Positions 33,447 through 42,084 of a DNA stretch of 42,500 nucleotides are shown piece by piece. The first letter of the stretch is position 1, and each line of letters opens with the position of its first letter. Below the pieces are notes generated by a model. That model was given only the letters and a program-made list of their open reading frames with translations, made no database searches and had not been told where the DNA came from. The stretch lies in the IMG/VR virus record IMGVR_UViG_3300038415_000202, positions 1 through 42,500 of that record; one strand, 5' to 3'. The translations under genes were made by a program, and so were the position numbers. The DNA comes from a virus (lineage: Duplodnaviria > Caudoviricetes).

Positions 33447-33655
33447 TATTATACATCATTTTCAGTTGCCAGGAAATGTGGTTTAAAATCCAAAGTAAGA
33501 CTTTTCTTAAATCTTTTGTTTCTAAAATTTGTGGTGGTAAAAATACTTTTGGAAAATTCTTGGAAAGGTGCAAGCAAAAGATTTTGTTTTTAATAATTTG
33601 TGGATGTGGTTTGTTTCCTACAATTTTCAATTTGTAAAATATGTCATAAAATGTA

Positions 33656-33684
33656 TTGACATTACAATATAAATATGATACAAT
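33656..33684 (+). promoter_or_regulatory. Sigma70-type promoter, rightward
   Basis: TTGACA (33656-33661), 17 nt, TACAAT (33679-33684) with extended -10 TG. Confidence 0.88.
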
Positions 33685-33750
33685 TAATAATGCGATTAAT
33701 ATGGTTGGAATTACGTTTTTCGATGTTAAAAAAAAGAATGAGGAGTTAAA

Positions 33751-34083
33751 GTGACTAAGAAAGTAGTTACTGCAATTTTAGTTTCAGGACCTGGAGATGA
33801 AGATTCAGGAAATTGTGATTCCCAATCTCGATACCTTAAATCCGAAAAAGGTAAGGAAGCAGTTAAAAGGTATAAGAAGTCTGAAAAAGGGCAGAAGGTA
33901 ATCGAGAAAATTAACAAGTCAGAGCGTCATAAGATATCTGCCCAGAAATACCGCAACAGTCCAAAAGGTCAAGAGAAACTTCAGGAAATAAGTGAGAAGA
34001 ACAGGAAGATGCGGGAAATAGATAAGTGGTTAAAAGAGCATGAAGGGAAGACCATTGAAGACTACAAGAAGGAAAAGGAATAA
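33751..34083 (+). CDS. Basic protein with YxxSEKG-type repeats, possibly DNA-binding
   Basis: GAGGAG RBS, GTG start; RYLKSEKGK / RYKKSEKGQ / KYRNSPKGQ. Confidence 0.7.
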   Translation: MTKKVVTAILVSGPGDEDSGNCDSQSRYLKSEKGKEAVKRYKKSEKGQKVIEKINKSERHKISAQKYRNSPKGQEKLQEISEKNRKMREIDKWLKEHEGKTIEDYKKEKE

Positions 34084-34565
34084 TGGATAGACCAATAATT
34101 CCTGAACAAACTGCACTCTGGATGTCATCCTCAAAGGGCAGGCATATTCCCATAAGTGAAATGAATGACCGTCACCTCCTAGGTGCAATCAAGAATGTCC
34201 AGACTTATGCCAAGTGGCAGTGGGAAGATGATGAAAACCGTGACCCACAAGGTAACTGGCATGACCGCTTGCCTATGAATACATATATTCCTTTAGTACA
34301 AGAGTGTATGAGTCGCTTTCTGGATGTACCAAATGAGGACGACGAACTATTCCTACTTGAACTTGCAGCAAAACCTAGAGTCGAACCAGTAGACTGCTGT
34401 TGCAACTGCAAACATAAAGAAAATGGACTTGAAATAGATAAAGGTAGAAATGGTAACAAAACCTACTTAATGATATGTGGTAATCCAGGTTCTGAAAAGG
34501 CAACAGAAACAGTATTCTGTCCAGAGAAATGTGAGAAATGGGAGAAGAAAGGACTAAATGTATGA
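34083..34565 (+). CDS. Hypothetical phage protein with C-terminal Cys cluster
   Basis: W...KGRHIPISEMNDRHL motif; CCNC...C...C. Confidence 0.7.
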   Translation: MDRPIIPEQTALWMSSSKGRHIPISEMNDRHLLGAIKNVQTYAKWQWEDDENRDPQGNWHDRLPMNTYIPLVQECMSRFLDVPNEDDELFLLELAAKPRVEPVDCCCNCKHKENGLEIDKGRNGNKTYLMICGNPGSEKATETVFCPEKCEKWEKKGLNV

Positions 34566-34876
34566 GAGATAAGAAAGCAATTTTAATAAATACAGATGGT
34601 AAAGTTAAAGAGTTAGGTCTCAATCCTCCATACAGAGATTTGGTATCTCCTAAGAAACTCACATTAGAGCAGTTACAGAAACTAGTTGGAGGTTATATTG
34701 AAGTTATTAGGCAGGTACCTTATGAAGGTAGACTAGCTACCATGATAGTAGATGAGGAAGGCTTACTAAAGAATAAACCAGTAAATTTTACAGCTACCCA
34801 TTTATACCGGTGCACCAAGTTTGGTGCTCCTAGTATCTTTGGAGATGTAGTACTACTTTTAGGATGGAGAATGTAA
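34538..34876 (+). CDS. DUF3846-like protein; start probably at MRDKK
   Basis: LEQLQKLVGGYIE, IVDEEGLLKNKPVN..AT, IFGDVVL. Confidence 0.8.
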   Translation: MGEERTKCMRDKKAILINTDGKVKELGLNPPYRDLVSPKKLTLEQLQKLVGGYIEVIRQVPYEGRLATMIVDEEGLLKNKPVNFTATHLYRCTKFGAPSIFGDVVLLLGWRM

Positions 34877-34899
34877 GAAAATAAAAGAAGGAGAAGAAA

Positions 34900-35151
34900 A
34901 TGGACGAAGGAACATTTATAGTATTGGCAAGTGAAACTGGAAGCCTGTTCGATGCAAAGGTAGTTGCATATGGGACAGATGAGGAAGTGCATGAATTCTT
35001 TAAAGGATATGACCTTAGTAAGAACTTCGTGGTACTTCCAGTCGATGGCTCTTACAGTGTAAGAGAATCGGTAGATAATCTTGAAGACGTGGGTCTTACA
35101 GTAGATGATGAAGGACATACTGTAATAGACCCTGATTTTGGACAGGACTAA
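34900..35151 (+). CDS. Small acidic protein
   Basis: AGGAG RBS; Asp/Glu rich. Confidence 0.65.
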   Translation: MDEGTFIVLASETGSLFDAKVVAYGTDEEVHEFFKGYDLSKNFVVLPVDGSYSVRESVDNLEDVGLTVDDEGHTVIDPDFGQD

Positions 35152-35165
35152 ACTAGGAATCTTAA

Positions 35166-36665
35166 ATGCAAGATAATAGCCTAGTCCATGATACTGGATT
35201 ACTTCCCCAGGGTTTCAACTCAAAGATGAAATTACCAGAAGACCTTTTCGAGTATCAAAGGGAAGACTTAACCCGCTTACTAAATTCCAGCGAAGGATTC
35301 CTCAACTTAAGTGAGATGGGTACTGGTAAGACTCCTGTCGCAATAGGACTTGCTAAATTGGGAGACTTCAAGAAAACCCTTATAGTATGTCCTAAGACAC
35401 TCCGTTGGGAATGGTCAAGGCAAATTCAAGATTGGTATGGAATAGAACCTACTGTAGGAAAAGGTTCCTTCCACAGATTGGATGAACTTGCTGACCAATA
35501 TGAAGGAAATTCTCCTGATAATCCTTTCTTCATAGTTAACTATGAGACTTTCAGGAAAGAAGACCATAGGATGCTCTTGAATATCATCCACTTCGACTTG
35601 GTAATTCTTGATGAAGCTCATAGAGTAAGGAACCCTGAAACAAGTATGTTTAGGGGACTATCTGAAACCTTAAGTAAGTACAGCGGAGCAAAAGTACTTG
35701 CTATGACAGGTTCTCCTGTTGTAAATAAACCTGATGACTTATACAGTCTTCTCTGTTTAACTAGACCAGAACAATTTCCAAGGAAGGAAAGGAATTCTTT
35801 CATACTTGAATACTGCTATACTATTGCAAGAAGGAATAGGTTCAAGGTTATTGGGGTAAGGAAGAAGGAGCAACTCCAGGCAATGATAAAATCCTTCTCT
35901 ATCCAGAGGAGGAAGAAAGAAGTTCTTCCATTCCTTCCTGACAAATACTACAGAATAGTTAACCTTGAAATGTCAGAGGAACAGAAGAAGATTTATGATA
36001 AGGCAAGAGACCAGTTGATGATAGAACTGGATAATGGAGAAACTATCAGGTCAGCAGGGATACTTGCACTTCTTATAAGATTAAGGCAACTTAGTCTAGA
36101 CCCAAGAATTTTGGGATTAAGTAAAACTCCTAGCATTAAATCTGAATTCCTTAGGGAATTAATTGAAGACCTAGGAGATGAGAAACTTGTTGTATTCTCA
36201 ACCTTCGCAGATTATATAGATATACTAGAGTCTGACTTTAAAGATATTCCACATATTACTATAACAGGGAAGACTCCTAGTGAACAAAGGATGGCAAATG
36301 TTAAAAGGTTTCAAGAAGATGACAACTGTCGCCTCGCTTTTGGCACTATGCAAACTATGGGTGAGGGAATTACTCTTACGGCAGCAAGTAATGTAGTTCT
36401 TACGGACAGATGGTGGTCACCTACTGTAAATGAACAGGCAATAGATAGAACACATAGAATAGGTCAAACTAATAAAGTTCAAGTTATATTACCTGTTGCA
36501 AAAGATAGTATAGACCAGAGTATGGATAAAATACTTCAAGGTAAGAACCAATTTGTCAAAGATGTACTTGGAACAGGTAATGACTATGAAGTAATGGAAG
36601 CAGTACTAGATGACATCAAAGATAGCTTCCGAAGTAATAGACATGCCTGGGAGAGGGAATTCTAG
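35166..36665 (+). CDS. SNF2-family (SF2) helicase/ATPase
   Basis: EMGTGKT, LIVCP, ILDEAH, MTGSPVVN, VVFS, GEGITLTAA, QAIDRTHRIGQ. Confidence 0.95.
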   Translation: MQDNSLVHDTGLLPQGFNSKMKLPEDLFEYQREDLTRLLNSSEGFLNLSEMGTGKTPVAIGLAKLGDFKKTLIVCPKTLRWEWSRQIQDWYGIEPTVGKGSFHRLDELADQYEGNSPDNPFFIVNYETFRKEDHRMLLNIIHFDLVILDEAHRVRNPETSMFRGLSETLSKYSGAKVLAMTGSPVVNKPDDLYSLLCLTRPEQFPRKERNSFILEYCYTIARRNRFKVIGVRKKEQLQAMIKSFSIQRRKKEVLPFLPDKYYRIVNLEMSEEQKKIYDKARDQLMIELDNGETIRSAGILALLIRLRQLSLDPRILGLSKTPSIKSEFLRELIEDLGDEKLVVFSTFADYIDILESDFKDIPHITITGKTPSEQRMANVKRFQEDDNCRLAFGTMQTMGEGITLTAASNVVLTDRWWSPTVNEQAIDRTHRIGQTNKVQVILPVAKDSIDQSMDKILQGKNQFVKDVLGTGNDYEVMEAVLDDIKDSFRSNRHAWEREF

Positions 36666-36968
36666 ATGATAGAGATATGTAACCTTAGAAAAACCAAACA
36701 AAGTGAGCCTTGGGACTTCAAAGTTGATAGAACTACCCCTTTAGGTAACACATTTATTATGAGTGGAGAATCAGAAAGAGAATGGTCCTGTAACTCATAT
36801 GAAAGGGGCTTTAATAACCTAATCCAACATAAGGAACCTATGGAGTACTTGAACAAACTAATTGAGACTTATAAAGAATACGGAAAACTTAGACTATTTT
36901 GCTGGTGTGCTCCAAAAAGGTGTCATTCTGAAACTATAAAGAGGTATATTGAGGAAACAGTTAAATGA
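36666..36968 (+). CDS. DUF4326-like protein
   Basis: VDRTTPLGNTF...LFCWCAPKRCH. Confidence 0.8.
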   Translation: MIEICNLRKTKQSEPWDFKVDRTTPLGNTFIMSGESEREWSCNSYERGFNNLIQHKEPMEYLNKLIETYKEYGKLRLFCWCAPKRCHSETIKRYIEETVK

Positions 36969-37380
36969 AAGACAAGAAGCCTTAGAGATGGCACGAAAAC
37001 ACGTCAAGGGCGGCGGCGTAGTTTGCCCATACTGTGGGGGACAGGATATTGAGGGCGGGCCGGTAGAGACCGGCAACGAAGAAGCAACGCAGGAGATGAA
37101 GTGTCTAGCCTGTCGTGAGAATTGGATGGACTCCTATAAGCTGAACGGTATCTATGATGAAAATGCCGAATGGGTAGAGCCTACGCCGGAGCCAAAGAAG
37201 GTCTATATCGATGTCGATGGCGGGAACATCACCGGCGTCTACGGGCCAGCCGGTTTGGAGTGCCTTATCATAGACGCTGATAACGGTGCTGTTGACGAGG
37301 ATGTGCGAACCGAGAATGAGCGCAAACAGGCCGAGGAAGAGGCCGCAATAGATAGCGGCGAGATCGTGGAGCTATATTAA
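36949..37380 (+). CDS. Zn-ribbon protein with acidic C-terminal domain
   Basis: CPYCG...CLAC; GC-rich codon usage. Confidence 0.7.
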   Translation: MRKQLNERQEALEMARKHVKGGGVVCPYCGGQDIEGGPVETGNEEATQEMKCLACRENWMDSYKLNGIYDENAEWVEPTPEPKKVYIDVDGGNITGVYGPAGLECLIIDADNGAVDEDVRTENERKQAEEEAAIDSGEIVELY

Positions 37381-37396
37381 AGGGAGGTTAGAAATT

Positions 37397-38311
37397 ATGA
37401 CGATGAGAATTGTATCACACACTAATCCCGATGGCACAGTGGTAAAAATCACCGTGGCCGAATCTGCGACCATAGGTGCAAAGAGCAGCATCGGTGAAGG
37501 GAGCAGCATCGGTGAAGGGAGCAGCATCGGTGAAGGGAGCAGCATCGGTGAAGGGAGCAGCATCGGTGCAAAGAGCAGCATCGGTGAATGGAGCAGCATC
37601 GGTGAAGGGAGCCGCATCGGTGCAAAGAGCAGCATCGGTGAATGGAGCAGCATCGGTGAATGGAGCCGCATCGGTGAAGGGAGCAGCATCGGTGCAAAGA
37701 GCAGCATCGGTGAATGGAGCAGCATCGGTGAAGGGAGCAGCATCGGTGAAGGGAGCAGCATCGGTGAAGGGAGCCGCATCGGTGAAGGGAGCCGCATCGG
37801 TGAAGGGAGCCGCATCGGTGCAAAGAGCCGCATCGGTGAAGGGAGCAGCATCGGTGAATGGAGCCGCATCGGTGAAGGGAGCCGCATCGGTGCAAAGAGC
37901 CGCATCGGTGAAGGGAGCCACATCGGTGCAAAGAGCCGCATCGGTGAAGGGAGCAGCATCGGTGAAGGGAGCAGCATCGGTGAAGGGAGCAGCATCGGTG
38001 AAGGGAGCAGCATCGGTGCAAAGAGCAGCATCGGTGAATGGAGCAGCATCCTGCCCAATTCAAAATTTCCTGATGACAAAAATCCTCTTACTGGCCTCGT
38101 ATTCTCCTATGGTGCATTCGTCTGCACTATCAACCAAAAGGGCGATGAGCTGATCGCCTGCATCGGATGTGGACAGCATCCAGTCGAATACGATCTCGAA
38201 ATCAGTATCGACGAGGCCGAAAAGAAGGGCTTACCGCGCTGGGCATACGACAATTATCAGTGGTTTCTACGCTCGGTGCTAGAGAGGGCAAAGGGAATGA
38301 AGGAGGTATAA
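37397..38311 (+). CDS. Left-handed beta-helix (hexapeptide repeat) protein
   Basis: GGGAGG RBS; 32 x IG(EG/AK/EW)S(S/R/H); C-terminal domain with IGCGQH. Confidence 0.85.
   Translation: MTMRIVSHTNPDGTVVKITVAESATIGAKSSIGEGSSIGEGSSIGEGSSIGEGSSIGAKSSIGEWSSIGEGSRIGAKSSIGEWSSIGEWSRIGEGSSIGAKSSIGEWSSIGEGSSIGEGSSIGEGSRIGEGSRIGEGSRIGAKSRIGEGSSIGEWSRIGEGSRIGAKSRIGEGSHIGAKSRIGEGSSIGEGSSIGEGSSIGEGSSIGAKSSIGEWSSILPNSKFPDDKNPLTGLVFSYGAFVCTINQKGDELIACIGCGQHPVEYDLEISIDEAEKKGLPRWAYDNYQWFLRSVLERAKGMKEV
37472..38047 (+). repeat. 32 tandem 18-bp repeats (consensus ATCGGTGAAGGGAGCAGC)
   Basis: Directly visible; near-identical units without spacers. Confidence 0.95.
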
Positions 38312-38312
38312 C

Positions 38313-38525
38313 GTGGCTGAGAGAAAAAGCGAGATCAAGCCGAATATAATCATAGTCCCGCCAGACCCGCTAAATCCAAATACTATAGGGCTGCGCGTTG
38401 AGGGACACTTAGCAACTGTATATTATGACCGTGATTTTATCAAGTCGCAGAAAGCTCACCACCGGCGCGAACTTGCGTATTATGAGGAGCTGATGTCTAT
38501 CTGTGACGAGCGCGGTATAAAGTAA
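38313..38525 (+). CDS. Hypothetical protein
   Basis: AGGAGG RBS, GTG start. Confidence 0.6.
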   Translation: MAERKSEIKPNIIIVPPDPLNPNTIGLRVEGHLATVYYDRDFIKSQKAHHRRELAYYEELMSICDERGIK

Positions 38526-38663
38526 GAGAAACTACATGACTAAATGCCAAGGATCGATCAGTAGCATATAGCCATGAGAACAGCGGGAAAATAGATTGGG
38601 ATGTCTACGAAATTTGTAGGCAGGATTGCAAGGTTGCGATACTGAAGGAGTTGGAGGAAAAAG

Positions 38664-38858
38664 ATGAAAAACTTCATCCATCACTCTAGACCTTCCACAA
38701 AGAAAGAAATTAAAGAAACTATAAAAGACTTAGATAAGCAGATACACTACCAAGAATCTATTGGCAAAACTGACAAAGAAGAATACAATGGCTTTAAATA
38801 CCTGAAATGGCAACTCCAATTTTGGAAGGATAAATTGAAAGAGATGGAGGGAAGATGA
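38664..38858 (+). CDS. Hypothetical protein
   Basis: GGAGG RBS. Confidence 0.6.
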   Translation: MKNFIHHSRPSTKKEIKETIKDLDKQIHYQESIGKTDKEEYNGFKYLKWQLQFWKDKLKEMEGR

Positions 38859-38982
38859 TAATCTCAATTTCGATAATAGCAGTAGCTTCTATCTTAATTA
38901 ATATTGCTCTAGTTGGTCTAAATCTTAAATTATATACTGAATACTTTAAAGCTGAGAATCAGAGAAAGAAGAGAGAATAATT

Positions 38983-39345
38983 ATGGATGAGTATAGAACC
39001 GAAAAATGCACCTTATGCAATCTATACAAAATACCAATCGAAGACAAACCTGGAAACTTTTTCTGCTACTGTACCATCCAATCCAAGATTTCAGAACTAG
39101 AAAGCGTAGTATCATGTAGACTTAACTGTGATTTAGCAGAATTAAGTATAGACCTTACCTCTTTAGCCAAACTAACTTGGAAACTAGCACAATACCAGAA
39201 AATTGCAACTAATCCTAAAGGAGACCCTCGTAGTGCTGCTGAAATAGAAGATGTAAAGAAACTGATTGAGAAGGCTAAGAAAGCCAATTCCGTTGATATA
39301 GATACAATACCTGGAAATTTGCCTGAAGACTGTAAAGAGTGTTGA
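38983..39345 (+). CDS. Cys-containing hypothetical protein
   Basis: ORF in operon context. Confidence 0.6.
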   Translation: MDEYRTEKCTLCNLYKIPIEDKPGNFFCYCTIQSKISELESVVSCRLNCDLAELSIDLTSLAKLTWKLAQYQKIATNPKGDPRSAAEIEDVKKLIEKAKKANSVDIDTIPGNLPEDCKEC

Positions 39346-39358
39346 AAGGAGTATTAAA

Positions 39359-39574
39359 ATGAGATTTGAACTAGATAAACTTAATCCAAATCAAATCTAT
39401 CTTTACCCAGAATCAGATTACGATATCTATATATTAGGCCAACTCCGTAGAATAATAAAAGACTTTACTTGTGTTACCTGGGACAAAGATTTTAAACACT
39501 TACTCTCATGTACTGTTAGACCCACTGAACTAGTTTCTTTCTTAGTAGATGACTCCTCTAGGAAACCTTTATGA
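39359..39574 (+). CDS. Hypothetical protein
   Basis: AAGGAG RBS. Confidence 0.6.
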   Translation: MRFELDKLNPNQIYLYPESDYDIYILGQLRRIIKDFTCVTWDKDFKHLLSCTVRPTELVSFLVDDSSRKPL

Positions 39575-39879
39575 TAGTAGCATTTGATGTAGATGGAACT
39601 CTAATCGATTTTGAAGATAAGCCTAGGTACGACATAATAGACTTGCTTAGATGGTTCTACCTAAATCTACATGAATTAGGAACTGAAGATAAACTCATAA
39701 TTTGGTCTGGTGGAGGAATAGAATACACTAAGCATTGGGTAAAGAAACTAGGTTTAGAGAATTATATTTCAGATATACTTGAGAAGTGTTCCATTGATGT
39801 AGACATTGCTGTTGATGATGCAATGGATACTGAAAACTGGGGTAATGAACATAAGTGCAAAGTAGTAATTAAAGTGTGA
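39571..39879 (+). CDS. Minimal (capless) HAD-superfamily phosphatase
   Basis: FDVDGTL, WSGGG, K, VDD motifs. Confidence 0.8.
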   Translation: MIVAFDVDGTLIDFEDKPRYDIIDLLRWFYLNLHELGTEDKLIIWSGGGIEYTKHWVKKLGLENYISDILEKCSIDVDIAVDDAMDTENWGNEHKCKVVIKV

Positions 39880-39892
39880 AAAGGAGACTAAA

Positions 39893-40183
39893 GTGGAATA
39901 CAATGAAAATATAAAACCTGGATTCCAGGTTGCCTATATACCAAGGCATGCAAATGGAGATATTAAACATAAAGATGTAGAATTTGGATTCATAACTAGT
40001 ATGAACTCAACTCTAATGTCTGCATTTTGTAGGTACTGGAATAAAGATTTTAGTAAAGGCTTAAGAACTACATCTTGTAGTGAACTAACTGACCCTGAAC
40101 TACTAATACCTTATAACTCTCACCCACAATTTGAAGTTGACTACCTCTTAGAGAAAATAAATGCTGGTATAGATTTAGATTAG
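39893..40183 (+). CDS. Hypothetical protein
   Basis: AAGGAG RBS, GTG start. Confidence 0.6.
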   Translation: MEYNENIKPGFQVAYIPRHANGDIKHKDVEFGFITSMNSTLMSAFCRYWNKDFSKGLRTTSCSELTDPELLIPYNSHPQFEVDYLLEKINAGIDLD

Positions 40184-40198
40184 AAGGAGAAAAAGAAA

Positions 40199-40360
40199 AT
40201 GCCAACAATAAAGACAAGTGAACCAAAAGACTTATTACCTTGTAAAGATCCAGACCACTTTCCTGCTAAATGTATAAAACGTGAGCCTGGTACCTATAAG
40301 CATATCTGTCCATCTTGTGGAGACCACATGACCTTTAGTGTACCTAAACTTTCTTGTTAA
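40199..40360 (+). CDS. Small Zn-ribbon protein (53 aa, not in ORF track)
   Basis: AGGAG RBS; MPTIKTSEPKDLLPCKDPDHFPAKCIKREPGTYKHICPSCGDHMTFSVPKLSC. Confidence 0.6.
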   Translation: MPTIKTSEPKDLLPCKDPDHFPAKCIKREPGTYKHICPSCGDHMTFSVPKLSC

Positions 40361-40367
40361 GAAAAGT

Positions 40368-41528
40368 ATGACTAATCGTATCGAAGGAAAAGAATTTGTC
40401 TTCACTGGTCGTATCAGGATTACTAGATACGAAGCCTGGCAACTTGTAATTAAGTGTAAAGGTTTCATAAGTTCTAGTGTAACCCATGATACTGACTATG
40501 CTGTTGTAGGAGATGATCCTGGTCAGAAATCCAGCAAGGCTAGAGCCTATGGAATAGAAATAATAAATGAGGATACCTTCTTCCAATGGGTAGATGAAGC
40601 ACTTCTTGAAATAGAGAACCAAACTTCAGAAGAAGAAATTACTGAGGTAGAAGAACTAGAAGAGCCAGAAGTTCCTTTAACTGAAGCACAAAGACAAGAA
40701 TTCTGTTGGACATGCCCTACTTGTAATCACTTCTATTACAAAGAAATTAAAGAGTGCTTCCTTTGTAAGAGGAAGAAAGAAATAAGTCTACTATCTTTTA
40801 ATAATAAAGATACTTTGGAAAAGCTCTTAGTAAGTAATCCTGGAGTAGAAGTAAGTACTAGTATTAATTGTCCTGGATGTGGTAATCTTATAAGGTACAG
40901 CATATATGGATATAAACTCTACTACTGCTTCACCTGTAAACATTATTACACCCGAATAGATAATAGGTCTGATTTTGAGGATTTACATGGAACCCTTCAT
41001 CACTATGAACCTGGTTGGAAAATGGGTCTAGTAAAAGATCCTTCTGACTTATATACCTTAACCCATCAAATGCTAGCAGGTGGTTACCAATGGAAAGAAT
41101 TTTCTAAAGATGAAAAAGGTTCCACTTTGATAAATGAGGTGGGAAAGGCCATTTTCTTGACAACCGACGAACTCATCAGAAATGACGAACTCGTCAGTTT
41201 GAGGGATTTTGGGAACTCTCTTGAATTTCTGTTAGATGTTCGCAACAAATACAAGACCGTAGAGGAGTGTTCGACGGTACTAACGAACCCGATGGGTGAT
41301 GATGTTGTCGATAATGGCGTGGTAAATGGGGAAAGTAAACAAGAATTTGTTGCAGTAATAATGGGAAAAACCGATGAGGAATTACGCATCCAATTCTTGG
41401 AACAACGGGCAAGGAAATTGGCACGGCGTGAATTAAAACACCAAGAAAGGTTCGATCAGAGGCAGGAGAAGTTATGGAAACAAGGAACAACTGCAGGTGT
41501 AGGAAAAGGTTTAAACTCTCCCTTTTGA
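40368..41528 (+). CDS. BRCT-domain protein with Zn ribbons
   Basis: GKEFVFTG..TRYEA...G..SSSVT..TDYAVVG..PGQK..KA..YGIEIINE..F (ligase/RFC-type BRCT), acidic linker, CPTC/CFLC and CPGC/CFTC. Confidence 0.85.
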   Translation: MTNRIEGKEFVFTGRIRITRYEAWQLVIKCKGFISSSVTHDTDYAVVGDDPGQKSSKARAYGIEIINEDTFFQWVDEALLEIENQTSEEEITEVEELEEPEVPLTEAQRQEFCWTCPTCNHFYYKEIKECFLCKRKKEISLLSFNNKDTLEKLLVSNPGVEVSTSINCPGCGNLIRYSIYGYKLYYCFTCKHYYTRIDNRSDFEDLHGTLHHYEPGWKMGLVKDPSDLYTLTHQMLAGGYQWKEFSKDEKGSTLINEVGKAIFLTTDELIRNDELVSLRDFGNSLEFLLDVRNKYKTVEECSTVLTNPMGDDVVDNGVVNGESKQEFVAVIMGKTDEELRIQFLEQRARKLARRELKHQERFDQRQEKLWKQGTTAGVGKGLNSPF

Positions 41529-41599
41529 AGGGCAGGTCTTGACAAAAAGGTAATTTTGTGATACATCGAATCAATTATAATAATACGTGTGTGTGAGTA

Positions 41600-41628
41600 T
41601 TGACAATCATGTGTGATTGTGTTATCAT
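41600..41628 (+). promoter_or_regulatory. Sigma70-type promoter
   Basis: TTGACA (41600-41605), 17 nt, TATCAT (41623-41628) with extended TG; a weaker tandem copy TTGACA-17-TACATC lies at 41539-41567. Confidence 0.85.
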
Positions 41629-41685
41629 ACAATCAAATACATATGCGTATGTGTGGATCACGACGCAAGAAAGGAACAGGACAAA

Positions 41686-41907
41686 ATGGCAGGTACAGAA
41701 GAAAAAGGATTACGGGTATTCGTAGCCGATGCTGAGGACTTTTATGTCTGGTCAATCGCAAAGGATAAGGAAGATGCGTTAAAGAGAATCCAGGCCAACT
41801 TCAGATTTCATAAAGGTAACAGAGAAGAAGCCTTCTTAAAAAGGGTTTCAGAAATCCTTGAAGATTGGGGTCCTTGTCATCCTTGTGAAAGAGTAATACT
41901 ATGGTAA
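41686..41907 (+). CDS. Hypothetical protein (start MAGTEEK)
   Basis: ATG after AAGGAACAGGA, downstream of the promoter. Confidence 0.6.
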   Translation: MAGTEEKGLRVFVADAEDFYVWSIAKDKEDALKRIQANFRFHKGNREEAFLKRVSEILEDWGPCHPCERVILW

Positions 41908-42071
41908 AAAGTATTCCTTGCTATCATTCTGATTGCAATGGTGTAATGATTCCTGCAGACCATGGTTGGGCATGTACCACTTGTGGTTCATGGGTATCAA
42001 ATATTGAGATGGGATTACTTGCCGCTATTGACATGATAATGTCAGGCACAGGTAGTCCCATTGTGATGTAA
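41901..42071 (+). CDS. Small Zn-ribbon protein (56 aa, not in ORF track)
   Basis: MVKSIPCYHSDCNGVMIPADHGWACTTCGSWV...; overlaps upstream stop. Confidence 0.6.
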   Translation: MVKSIPCYHSDCNGVMIPADHGWACTTCGSWVSNIEMGLLAAIDMIMSGTGSPIVM

Positions 42072-42084
42072 GAAGGAGGTCGAA

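Noticed and set aside
33363-33637. Short ORFs in the divergent intergenic region
   Set aside because: No RBS, atypical composition, and they overlap the promoter windows.
37472-38047. Possible CRISPR array
   Set aside because: Units are contiguous 18-mers without unique spacers and encode an in-frame hexapeptide repeat.
37372-38153. Long alternative-frame and antisense ORFs over the 18-bp repeat (and likewise 42099-42497 over the 15-bp repeat)
   Set aside because: By-products of stop-free tandem repeats; only the plus-strand frames have an RBS and sensible flanking domains.
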